Assembly: GCA_963728825.1 (NCBI GenBank)
Contig: CAVSLA010000004.1
Location: 1,664,733 to 1,728,732 of the forward strand
Length of the DNA: 64,000 nucleotides
DNA from: an uncultured Acidobacteriota bacterium
GTDB lineage: Bacteria; Acidobacteriota; Vicinamibacteria; Vicinamibacterales; CAVVIG01
Reading direction: 5' to 3'
The notes beneath the pieces are model-generated. The model worked only from the letters and a program-made list of their open reading frames with translations. It searched no databases and was not told the origin of the DNA. The position numbers and the translations under genes were made by a program. Position 1 is the first letter of the stretch. Every line of letters starts with the position of its first letter. This document shows positions 30,264 to 40,701 of this stretch, one piece after another.

Positions 30264-30290
30264 GTTAGCGCTCTCCCCTTGACACTGCTA
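30264..30290 (+). promoter_or_regulatory. CIRCE-like inverted repeat (upstream copy, overlaps the -35)
   Basis: TTAGCGCTC-N9-CACTGCTAA versus the consensus TTAGCACTC-N9-GAGTGCTAA (8/9 and 7/9). Confidence 0.55.
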
Positions 30291-30306
30291 ATGCCGGAAA
30301 TATAAT
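30279..30306 (+). promoter_or_regulatory. Sigma-70 promoter of groES-groEL
   Basis: TTGACA (30279-30284), a 16-nt spacer and TATAAT (30301-30306). Confidence 0.7.
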
Positions 30307-30332
30307 TAGCAGTCGCACCAAGCGAGTGCTAG
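30306..30332 (+). promoter_or_regulatory. CIRCE operator (HrcA binding site)
   Basis: TTAGCAGTC-N9-GAGTGCTAG (8/9 and 8/9 to consensus), immediately after the -10 and about 70 nt upstream of groES. Confidence 0.8.
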
Positions 30333-30403
30333 CGCGGACTCAGACCTGCACGAGTTTCGCCCGGAAGGACCTCCACACTCTCACGACAGACGGAGTAAAG
30401 AGC

Positions 30404-30718
30404 ATGAACGTCAGACCGCTCCACGACCGGATCATTGTTCAGCGTATCGAGGAAGGCGAACAGAAAATCGGCGGGATCATCATCCCCGATACGGCCAAGG
30501 AAAAGCCCCAGCAGGGCAAAGTTATCGCCGCCGGCAACGGCAAGGCGAAAGACGACGGGAAACGCGTACCGCTCGATGTCAAGGCGGGTGACGTCATCCT
30601 GTTCGGCAAGTACTCGGGCCAGGAGATCAAGCTCGACGGCCAGGAGTACCTCATCATGCGCGAGGACGAAGTCCTCGCGGTCATCGAGGACAAGGCCGCG
30701 GCGAAAGGCAAGAAGTAG
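30404..30718 (+). CDS. groES: Co-chaperonin GroES
   Basis: [44 protein letters not shown].. (104 aa). ATG at 30404, inside track ORF 30326..30718. Confidence 0.97.
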   Translation: MNVRPLHDRIIVQRIEEGEQKIGGIIIPDTAKEKPQQGKVIAAGNGKAKDDGKRVPLDVKAGDVILFGKYSGQEIKLDGQEYLIMREDEVLAVIEDKAAAKGKK

Positions 30719-30721
30719 CCA

Positions 30722-32416
<1,695 letters not shown>

Positions 32417-32421
32417 GGCGC

Positions 32422-32489
32422 GAAATTTACAATGAGAAACTTACAATTTGAAATGAATTTCTAATTTCGAATTGTAAATTGTAAATTTC
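32422..32489. repeat. AT-rich imperfect long palindrome built from TTACAAT/ATTGTAA words
   Basis: The left arm 32422-32454 (GAAATTTACAATGAGAAACTTACAATTTGAAAT) pairs with 32465-32489 (ATTTCGAATTGTAAATTGTAAATTTC). The motif recurs at 58628-58652. Confidence 0.8.
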
Positions 32490-32501
32490 ATCGTAAGTCA
32501 C

Positions 32502-32541
32502 AAAAAGGCCCGGTCAGCTCGTCGCTGCCGGGCCTTTTCTT
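32502..32541. terminator. Bidirectional Rho-independent terminator between groEL and the tonB-like gene
   Basis: AAAAA-GGCCCGGTCAGC-TCGTC-GCTGCCGGGCC-TTTTCTTT. A GC stem of about 11 bp with one bulge, an A-run upstream and a T-run downstream. Confidence 0.7.
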
Positions 32542-32562
32542 TGTACGGGTGCTGTTGCGCGG

Positions 32563-33483
32563 TCAGCGCAGGTTGAAGCTCAACTCGATCGTCACGAGAA
32601 CCGGAACGGGCTGTCCGAGTCGGGTGCCCGGCCTGAAGCGCCATTGCCGCGCCGCGCGGATGGCTTCCTGATCGAGCCCGAACGTGGGGTCGAGCGATCT
32701 GGTCACACGGCAATCGCCGGTCGTGCCGTCCTGCCGGACGACGCACTCGAGATACACCGAGCCCTGCACCTTCGCGCGCATTGCCTCGGCCGTGTAAGCG
32801 GGCCTCACTTCCTGCAGCAGCTCGGGTGTCGTCACGCCGTTGCCGGGACGGTATGCCCCGCCACCGGTCCCTCCGCCAAACCCGTCGCCAAGACCGGACC
32901 CTCGGCCGGAACCGATTCCCGTTCCGACGCCGGTGCCTGCTCCGCCGCCGACGCCCGATCCCTGTGACGAGGACGTGATGGCGGGGCCTTCTGGCAGCGC
33001 GCCGGGGAGCGTCTCGACCGACGCGCCTAGCGTAATTGCCGGGATGTTCAGCTGAGCGACGAGCTCGGGTTCCTTCTCCGGCTGTTTGGGAGGCGTCGGC
33101 GCCGGGGGTTTCTCGACCGGCACAGTGATCTTGTCTTTGCCCGGCAGTTCGGCAACCCGTGGCGGCTCTTTCCGCTGATTGCCGCCGCCGCCGCCACCGC
33201 CACCCGGACCAGGCTCACTCAACCAGACGATGTGCTCGTTGGGCTTGTCCGGGAGAATCGCACTCACGATCGCCCTGGGCGGGAAGAGCGACGGCAGAAG
33301 CAGAACTGCTGCAAGGATGACGATGTTGATCCCGAACGACACGGCCATCGACCAGCCCGTCCGCTTCGGCTGCCAGTCGAACATGAACGGCACTTCGGGC
33401 GGATGTGCATCCGCCAGGTGCACCGACAGGTGTCCTGCAGAAGCATTCAGCTCGCTTCCGGTCTGACCAGTGTTCTCTGCCAT
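32563..33483 (-). CDS. TonB-family energy transducer
   Basis: N-terminal TM segment (WSMAVSFGINIVILAAVLLL), a Pro-rich stretch (PAPTPPKQPEKEPE), a Gly-rich stretch and a TonB C-terminal domain (YTAEAMRAKVQGSVYLE..RFRPG). The ATG at 33483 is chosen; the track ORF extends to 33567. Confidence 0.75.
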   Translation of the reverse strand: MAENTGQTGSELNASAGHLSVHLADAHPPEVPFMFDWQPKRTGWSMAVSFGINIVILAAVLLLPSLFPPRAIVSAILPDKPNEHIVWLSEPGPGGGGGGGGNQRKEPPRVAELPGKDKITVPVEKPPAPTPPKQPEKEPELVAQLNIPAITLGASVETLPGALPEGPAITSSSQGSGVGGGAGTGVGTGIGSGRGSGLGDGFGGGTGGGAYRPGNGVTTPELLQEVRPAYTAEAMRAKVQGSVYLECVVRQDGTTGDCRVTRSLDPTFGLDQEAIRAARQWRFRPGTRLGQPVPVLVTIELSFNLR

Positions 33484-33604
33484 TTGGAGCGGGAGACTCG
33501 CTGAGATATTTTCGCGCACGCGTCCGGATGGCTGCAACTGCAAAAGAGGTACCTCCGGCTCGTGCATATTTCACTGGGTCGGGGCGCGGGGACTGTCTCC
33601 CTCA

Positions 33605-33794
33605 GGTGCCGCAGTGCAGGGGGCCGGGGTGCCGGGGTGCTCGTGCCGGGTGCGCCAGGCCGGGTGCGCCAGGCCGGGTGCCGGGTGCCGAGTGCCGCGG
33701 TGCAGGGTGCGAGCGAAGGCGGCAACGAGCTGTTGTGATGAATGTTTGGGGCGGGTGCCGCACCCGGCACCGCGGCCCCCTGCACCGCGGCACC
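33605..33794. repeat. Second GC-rich nested palindromic element of the GGTGCC-word family
   Basis: 22-bp stem 33605-33626/33773-33794 (21/22 complementary). The interior has direct repeats CCGGGTGCGCCAGG x2. GGGGTGCCGGGGTGCT and GCCGCGGTGCAGGGTGC are identical to strings in 29992-30260. Confidence 0.8.
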
Positions 33795-33801
33795 CGATCC
33801 G

Positions 33802-34260
33802 TTAGACGCGGCCCGTCCAGGCGCCGATTGCGGCGTTGCCGCCGCCGTAGGAGTGCAGAATCGCCAGCGAGTCGGCCGCGCGCGGCTCACTGTGGATGGC
33901 CACGAGGACGCCACCGCGGGCGGTGAGTACTTCGAAAATCCGGCCGTCGTGCGCCTGGAATCCGACGCGGCGCATCGTGCCTGCGATCCCGAGCTTCGAA
34001 AAGTCTCCGGTCGGGCCTTGCAGGGCGGCGACCAGTGGACCGCGCACGGCCAACGCACCAGTGGCCGTGGTCTCCAGGCGATCACCGGACGCACCGAGCG
34101 CTTCCTCGATCAAGTTGGTGACGTCGGCGCTTTCCTTCGCCATGATGCTCAGCGCTTCAACCGGCAGCCCCGCCCTCTTCAGCGCGTCGATCCCTTTCCG
34201 CGCCCACGCCACGTCCTGAAACACGCCAACCGTGAACCGCCCCGTCCCGACCTCGATCAT
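33802..34260 (-). CDS. Hypothetical protein, tentatively general stress protein 17M/YflT-like
   Basis: VGVFQDVAWARKGIDALKRAGLPVEALSIMAKE resembles the YflT-type N-terminal pattern, and a second similar half follows. Assignment is by pattern only. Confidence 0.5.
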   Translation of the reverse strand: MIEVGTGRFTVGVFQDVAWARKGIDALKRAGLPVEALSIMAKESADVTNLIEEALGASGDRLETTATGALAVRGPLVAALQGPTGDFSKLGIAGTMRRVGFQAHDGRIFEVLTARGGVLVAIHSEPRAADSLAILHSYGGGNAAIGAWTGRV

Positions 34261-34273
34261 GCGCTGTAATTTA

Positions 34274-35488
34274 TCACGAGCCCCCCAGCAGGGCCCGGAG
34301 CGCGAGCCGGACTTCGAAGGTGCCGGCCAGGCGCCGTTTCAGATGCCGATAGCTCAGCGTGCCGGCGACGAGCGCACTCATGATGTCGCGGATTGACGCG
34401 CTCTGCTGCAGCGCCTCGACGAGCAGCCTGGTAAACCGTGGACGGAAGAAGCCGTCCTTCAAACGCGCGGCGTGTATCAGCTCCGGGACGATATCGGCCC
34501 GGACGCGCTCGTGATAGCGGCGGGCCACATCACCCGATCCGCTCAACGCATCGGCGACGCAGGCCGCGGATTGCAGTGCGAAGAAAATTCCTTCGCGCGT
34601 GATGGGATCGACCAGCCCTGCGGCGTCGCCGACCAGACACCAGCCGTCCCCGGCGATCGGAAGATTCGCCAGGTCGTGCGCCGACAGCGACGGAATCGGC
34701 CAGGCATACCGTTCGAGCCGTCCGCCGGTTCCCAGACCGGTCGAGCGCATCCACGCCGTCGTCTGATCGCGAAGCTGCGCTGACGTGGCACCGCTGTCGG
34801 CGGCGGCGCAGACGCCGACCGCAAGGTGATCGGGGCGCGGGAACGACCAGATATACCCCGGAGGATCGGTCGTGAACTCGATCACGATCTCCTCGCTCGT
34901 CACACCATGGGCGAAAAACCCTGCGGCAATCGACAGCTGCTGCCGTGAAAACGGCCGGCCGATCAGCGTGCGGCGGATGAGACTGTTCGCCCCATCGGCA
35001 CCCACGACGCGCGCCGCGCGATGGACGCGACCGTCGGCGGTGCGGATGCTGAATCCGCCGGTCGTCCGCTCCGCCGCAACGGCGCGCGCCGCGATCGGCA
35101 CCGCCCCAGCCGCGCAGGCCGCCGCGAAGAGCAGACCATCGAACGCCGCGCGACTCGAGACGGTCAACGCATTCGAACCGGGCGCGCCGCTCAGCGGCAC
35201 CACTGCCGCCTGGCGGCGCCGCGAATCGATGAACCGCGCGGCGCGGATCGAGACGGCCGGAAGATCCTGGCCAAGCGCCGGAGCAACCAGCGACAGCGCG
35301 CGCCCGGTGACTCCTCCGCCGCAGGGCTTCTCGCGCGGATGCGATGGGTCGACAAGGATGACGCGGGCCCCGCGGCGCGCGAGTAGACAGGCGGCCCATG
35401 CGCCGCTCGGCCCGCCGCCGATCACCGCAACATCCGGTACCGCCGCGCGGTGGGTGGGCACGCGCGCTCTATCGGACGTCGTAGCCAT
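34274..35488 (-). CDS. Geranylgeranyl-reductase-family FAD-dependent oxidoreductase
   Basis: DVAVIGGGPSGAWAACLLARRGARVILVD..EKPCGGGV dinucleotide-binding N-terminus; GDAAGLVDPITREGI. Confidence 0.8.
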   Translation of the reverse strand: MATTSDRARVPTHRAAVPDVAVIGGGPSGAWAACLLARRGARVILVDPSHPREKPCGGGVTGRALSLVAPALGQDLPAVSIRAARFIDSRRRQAAVVPLSGAPGSNALTVSSRAAFDGLLFAAACAAGAVPIAARAVAAERTTGGFSIRTADGRVHRAARVVGADGANSLIRRTLIGRPFSRQQLSIAAGFFAHGVTSEEIVIEFTTDPPGYIWSFPRPDHLAVGVCAAADSGATSAQLRDQTTAWMRSTGLGTGGRLERYAWPIPSLSAHDLANLPIAGDGWCLVGDAAGLVDPITREGIFFALQSAACVADALSGSGDVARRYHERVRADIVPELIHAARLKDGFFRPRFTRLLVEALQQSASIRDIMSALVAGTLSYRHLKRRLAGTFEVRLALRALLGGS

Positions 35489-36330
35489 CGCGCGCGCGCA
35501 CCCGCACGTCCGGTCGATTCACGCTGACGCGGATCGAACGCCAGCCGCGGCGATCTGCCGGACCGGTCGGCGTGTAGCCGAGCAGGTACTGCTGGCGGAG
35601 TTCTCGCGCGATCGTCGTGAGCGAGGTGTCGAGCGCCCGCCGGTCGATCGCTTCGAACGAACGGCCACCGGTGACGGATGCCAGCTCCGCGAACATCGTC
35701 GGCCGTCTGCGTCCGGTGGCAATCGGATAGATGAGCACGTCGCGGCGACGGGCATCCTGCACGAGATCCGGGCCTGCGGTCCGACTGTACCGGTCGTCGC
35801 CGTCCGAAATCAGAATCAGGGCCCGGCGGCCGGAGGCGGACTGGATGACGTCCAGCGCTTCCCGCGTGGCATCAAACAGCGGCGTCGTCCCCCAGAGATC
35901 GAGCCTGGCAATCGCTTCGGTCGCCCCGCGACGATCGGTCGACAGCGGCGCGATGATTTCGACCTCGCTGCCGATCGCCAGCACCATCACCTGATCGGAT
36001 GGCCGGAGCGCGTCGATGAACCGGCGCGCGGCCGCGACGGCGTCTGCCAGCCGTTCCCGCGGCACGCTGAAGCTGCGGTCGATCGCCAGGGCGACCGCCA
36101 GCGGAAATTCCCCGGCCGCGAAGGTGCTGATGTCCTGGCGCCGGCCGTCCTCCTCGACGACGAAGTCGGCTGCCGACAGTCCGGTGACCGGTTCTCCCTT
36201 CGCGTCGGTGACGGTTGTGTACACCTCGACCGCGCTGACTCCCGAGACGAATTGCCCGACCGCGCTCGACCAGGAATCGGCCGCCAGGACGACCGACGCC
36301 GGCAAAGCCAGAGCAGCCAGCAGGATACAT
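35469..36330 (-). CDS. Secreted VWA-domain protein (VWFA-related type)
   Basis: [44 protein letters not shown]. The start is unresolved. The ATG at 36330 is one frame off, which fits one inserted base right after it ([18 protein letters not shown] signal). The track ORF start at 36512 would overlap tatA. Confidence 0.7.
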
Positions 36331-36360
36331 GGTACAATCGCGGCACAAGGAGAGCGACGA

Positions 36361-36519
36361 ATGGGCAAAATTGGACTGCCTGAACTGGTGATCATCCTGG
36401 TGATCGTGATCATCATTTTCGGGGCCAACCGCCTTCCCCAGCTCGGCCGGGGCATCGGCAGTGCGATCAAGAACTTCAAGGACGGCATCAAGGACGAAAC
36501 CGCCGACCACAAGTCATAG
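36361..36519 (+). CDS. tatA: Twin-arginine translocase subunit TatA/E
   Basis: [43 protein letters not shown] (52 aa). Confidence 0.85.
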   Translation: MGKIGLPELVIILVIVIIIFGANRLPQLGRGIGSAIKNFKDGIKDETADHKS

Positions 36520-38429
36520 AATCACCCGCGACTCTCCCACTCGCCTCGTCACCCGTTCTCGGTCCAGGTACTCGAGAAGAGGAATGGCGAACTTCCGGGT
36601 GACGCCGAACCGTTCCTTGAACGCGGTCACGTCAATCCGCACATCCTGATTTGTCTTGAGCGCGAGCACGCGCTCTTTCAACTCTCGCAACGTCTCCTCG
36701 TGGAACAGCAGCGTGTCGAGCTTCACGAGGCGTTTCTGCCTGACCAGCAGCTGAACGACGCGCTCCGCGACCGCCGGCGCGATCTGCGCGCGGCTCACGA
36801 GCGACGGCAGGTCCGGCGGCGTCAGTCCACCGGCGCGTACCGCCTCGTCCAGGCTCGTCCTCGCCCGCTCCTCCTCAGGTGAAAGGGTCGTCCGATGGCG
36901 GGCGAGCGCGAGACGTCCGCTGGCGGTGACCGTGCCGGCAGCGGCCAGGTCGTCGACGACGCGCTCGAAGACGGCCGCGTGGCCGCGGCGAAAGAGCCGC
37001 TCGCGTGCTTCTTCCCGGGGCACGCCGTCCGAGAGCGGCTGCGCGCGGTGGTGCTCCTCGAGCAGGCGGACGATCGCTGCTTTCAGATCCTGCACAGCGC
37101 GGCGGCGAGACGAGAACGTCCGCCACACGCTCGACGCCGCCAGCGGCCAGCCGCTCCAATCGCCGGTCGACCTCGTCCGGATTGATCCCGGCCCGCGAGA
37201 CGAGCGCGTCGACCCGGAACGCGCGGCGCCCTGCCTCTTCGATCATCCGCGAGACGGCTACGATGTCGCCGGCGTCAGCCGATGCCAGCTGCCGCGCCCG
37301 CTCCACGGCCGCCACCGAACGGATGGCGACCCGGGGCGGCGCGGGATCGAGAATCTCTCCACCGGCAATCGTCAGCGGCGGCGAGTACGACGCGGAGGAT
37401 GTAGCGATCGTGCCGCGTCACCACGGCTGGTCGCTCCAGGCGGAGTCGCACGAAGCCGCGACCTCCCGGCTCGATGACCAGTGGGGCCTGCCCCAGCGGT
37501 CCGATGATCGCCACGCGTCCAAGCACTTCAGCGGTGCCCTGGTGAAAGCGGACGCGCGCTCCATGTCGCAGCGGCCGGGCGCCGGGCAGCAGCTCCAGAA
37601 CGGCATCGGCAACACGCGTCGTTTCGAAGGCCCCCGGGGTGACCAGCGCCTGTCCCCGTTGCAGATCGGCGACCTCGACGCCGGCGAGATTGACCGCTGC
37701 CCGCTGCCCGGCGAGCGCCTCCTCTCGCTTCGAGCCGTGAACCTGCACGCCTCGTACGATCAGCGGCCGGTCGATCGAGGCCGACGGCAGAACGGCCAGC
37801 CGATCTTCAGGCCGAATCCGTCCAGAGACCAGCGTCCCGGTGACGACGGTGCCAAACCCTTTGACTGAAAAGACGCGATCGATCGGCAAACGGACCGGGC
37901 CGCCCTCGGTCGTCCGGCGAACCGCCGCCGCTGCGGCGCCGAGCGCGCGGCGCAGGTCGGCCATGCCGTCGCCGGTCCGGGCCGAGACCGTCACGATCGC
38001 CGCGCCTTCCAGGAACGATCCGGCCACCAGTTCGCGCACTTCCAGTGTGGCCAGCTCGCGTGTCTCGGAGTCGGCGAGATCGGACTTCGTGATGACGATC
38101 AGCCCGGCGGGAATCCGCAGCAGCTTGCAGATATCGAAGTGCTCGCGCGTCTGCGGCATCACGGACTCGTCGGCCGCCACGACCAGCATGACCAGATCGA
38201 TGCCGCCGACGCCGGCCAGCATGTTCTTGACGAAGCGCTCGTGACCCGGGACGTCGACGAAGGCCACGTCGACGTCGCCGAGCGCGGTGTGCGCGAACCC
38301 CAGATCGATCGTGATGCCGCGCGCCTTCTCTTCCTTCAACCGGTCGGGATCGGTGCCGGTGAGCGCCAGCACCAGGGCGCTTTTCCCGTGATCGATGTGC
38401 CCCGCCGTCCCGACAACCACTGACTTCAC
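36514..38429 (-). pseudogene. selB: Selenocysteine-specific elongation factor SelB; two frame changes
   Basis: [20 protein letters not shown]. Domains II-III are in ORF 37275..38429. Winged-helix repeats are in 36875..37315 and 36514..37128 (..FGVTRKFAIPLLEYLD). Shifts lie near 37390 and 37105. Confidence 0.88.
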
Positions 38430-38438
38430 GGGCCCGCG

Positions 38439-40694
38439 CTACCTTCTTCGCTTCGTCTTCTGCCGTTCGCGCCGGCCCGGGCGCCCCTTGCGCTTGCGCG
38501 TCAGGTCATGTTTGGGACGCGCCTTCGAGCGGCGCGGGCCGCGTTCGCCATCGCGGACCCGCGCGAGAATGTCGACCAGGCCGAGGTCAATCTGCCGGAC
38601 TTCCATGTTGACCCGGACGACCTGCACCTTGACCTTGTCGCCGAGGCGGTAGACCTTCTCGGTGTTCTCGCCGCGCAGCATGTGCGCGCTCTCGACGAAG
38701 CGATAGTAGTCGTCGGCCATCGTCGAGACGTGGACCAGGCCTTCGACGAAGTGTTCGATCAGCTCGACGAACAGGCCGAACGCCGCGACGCCGGTGACGT
38801 AGCCTTCGAACTCGTCGCCGACCTTGTCGGCCATGAACTTGACTTTCTTCCACTGCAGCAGCTCGCGTTCGGCATCGTCGGCGCGCCGCTCCATCTCGGA
38901 CGTGTGGCGGGCGACCTCCGGCAGGTCTTCGGTCCACTGCTCCCGGGTCTCCTGGTCGAACGCCCCGTGGCGCGCCGCTCTGAGCGCCCGGTGCACGACC
39001 AGATCCGGGTAGCGGCGGATTGGCGAGGTGAAATGAGTGTAGCTCGACGCCGCCAGGCCGAAGTGACCGAGATTGTCCGGAGCGTAGCGGGCCTTCTGCA
39101 TGGTGCGGAGCATCAGAAAGGCAATCGGCTTTTCCTCGGGCTTGTCGTGAATCCGCTCGAGCAGTTTCTGAAAGTGGCGCGGCCGCAGCGCCGTCAGCGG
39201 CACTCCCAGGCTCAGCCCGAAGCCGGAGATGAACTCCTCGAACTTCGCCACCTTGAGGACGTCGGGCTCCTCGTGCACCCGGTAGAGCGCCGGCGCTTCC
39301 TGCGACTCCAGGTAGGAGGCCACGGTCTCGTTCGCCAGGAGCATGAACTCCTCGATCAGGCGATGCGCCACGTTGCGTTCGAGGGCGATGATGTTCTCGA
39401 CGAGCCCCTGTTCGTCCATCACGACCTCGGCTTCGTTGAGATCGAAGTCGATCGAGCCGCGCCGCCGGCGCGCGTCGTTGAGCACGTGAAACAGCTCGCG
39501 CATCAGGTCGAAGGTCGGCACCAGGGACGCGTACTGTTTCAGCAGGTCGGGATCGCGATCGGTCAGGATGCCGTTGACCGCGGTATAGGTCATCCGTTCG
39601 TTGCTGTTGATTACGCCGTCATGGAACTCGTAACGGACCACGGCGCCCCGCCGGTCGATTTCCATCAGGCAGGACTGCACGAGACGGTCGACGCGTGGGT
39701 TCAGACTACACAGCCCGGTGGCCAGCTCCGACGGGAACATGTGCACCGCGCGCTCGGGGAAATACACCGATGTCGCCCGCTGATAGGCTTCACGGTCGAG
39801 GGCACTGCCCTCCTGAACGTAATGCGAGACGTCGGCGATGTGCACCCCGAGCCAGAAGTGGCCGTTGGCCAGCTTGTCGATGGTGATCGCGTCGTCGAAA
39901 TCGCGGGCGTGCTCGCCGTCGATCGTCACGGTCAGCAGGTCTCTGAAATCGGTCCGGCCTCTGCTATCCCGCTCCGAGACGGCGCCACCGAGCTGGACCG
40001 CTTCGCTGACCGCTTCGGGTGGGTGTGCGTCGGGAATCCCGTATTTGCGGATGATGATCTCGGTGTCGACTCCGGGTGCGTCGATATCGCCGAGCACCTC
40101 GGCGACCCGTCCGATGGCACCGCGGGTGGACGTCGGCCAGCGGGTCAGCTCGACCAGCACCATCTCACGCGGCGTTGCTCCGCCTTCCTGGCCGGGCGGC
40201 ACGTAGATGTCCATCAGCACGCGACGATCGAACGGGACGACATAGCCCATGCCGTCGTCGGCGCGCTCGTAGCGACCGACGATCCAGGTGTTGCTGCGCT
40301 CGAGAATGCGGATGATGCGGCCTTCGACCCGGCCGCCTTCTTTGACCCGCTCGATGCGCGCCACCACCCGATCGCCGTGCATCGCCTCGTTCAGCAGCGG
40401 GCCCGAGATGTAGATGTCGCCGCCGCCGTCGAGCGGCCGCTCGGGAATGACGAAGCCGTAGCCTGCCGGGTGCGTCTGCAGACGGCCGACATACAGATCC
40501 ATTTTTTCCGGGAGGCCAAACCGCAGTCCGCGGATCTGGATGAGATCGCCGGAGGCGACGAGGGCGTTGATGTGTCGCTTGAAGGCGGGGCGCTCGTCGC
40601 GCGGCACCTTGAGCAGTTGCAGCAGTTCGCGGATGCCGGCGGGATGATGGACCCGCTCGCGCATCGACGCGAGGATGTGATCGCGTGACAGCAT
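38439..40694 (-). CDS. rnr: Ribonuclease R
   Basis: 751 aa, uninterrupted. Cold-shock-like N-terminal domains, an RNB domain (IDGEHARDFDDAI, VYFPERAVHMFP, HFGL..YTHFTSPIRRYPD), an S1 domain and a Lys/Arg-rich tail. Confidence 0.95.
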   Translation of the reverse strand: MLSRDHILASMRERVHHPAGIRELLQLLKVPRDERPAFKRHINALVASGDLIQIRGLRFGLPEKMDLYVGRLQTHPAGYGFVIPERPLDGGGDIYISGPLLNEAMHGDRVVARIERVKEGGRVEGRIIRILERSNTWIVGRYERADDGMGYVVPFDRRVLMDIYVPPGQEGGATPREMVLVELTRWPTSTRGAIGRVAEVLGDIDAPGVDTEIIIRKYGIPDAHPPEAVSEAVQLGGAVSERDSRGRTDFRDLLTVTIDGEHARDFDDAITIDKLANGHFWLGVHIADVSHYVQEGSALDREAYQRATSVYFPERAVHMFPSELATGLCSLNPRVDRLVQSCLMEIDRRGAVVRYEFHDGVINSNERMTYTAVNGILTDRDPDLLKQYASLVPTFDLMRELFHVLNDARRRRGSIDFDLNEAEVVMDEQGLVENIIALERNVAHRLIEEFMLLANETVASYLESQEAPALYRVHEEPDVLKVAKFEEFISGFGLSLGVPLTALRPRHFQKLLERIHDKPEEKPIAFLMLRTMQKARYAPDNLGHFGLAASSYTHFTSPIRRYPDLVVHRALRAARHGAFDQETREQWTEDLPEVARHTSEMERRADDAERELLQWKKVKFMADKVGDEFEGYVTGVAAFGLFVELIEHFVEGLVHVSTMADDYYRFVESAHMLRGENTEKVYRLGDKVKVQVVRVNMEVRQIDLGLVDILARVRDGERGPRRSKARPKHDLTRKRKGRPGRRERQKTKRRR

Positions 40695-40701
40695 TCGAAT
40701 T

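Noticed and set aside
38508-40688. 726-aa ORF on the plus strand
   Set aside because: It is exactly antisense to RNase R. The product is Arg/Ala/Gly-rich with no motifs. Such long antisense ORFs arise at high GC because stop codons are rare.
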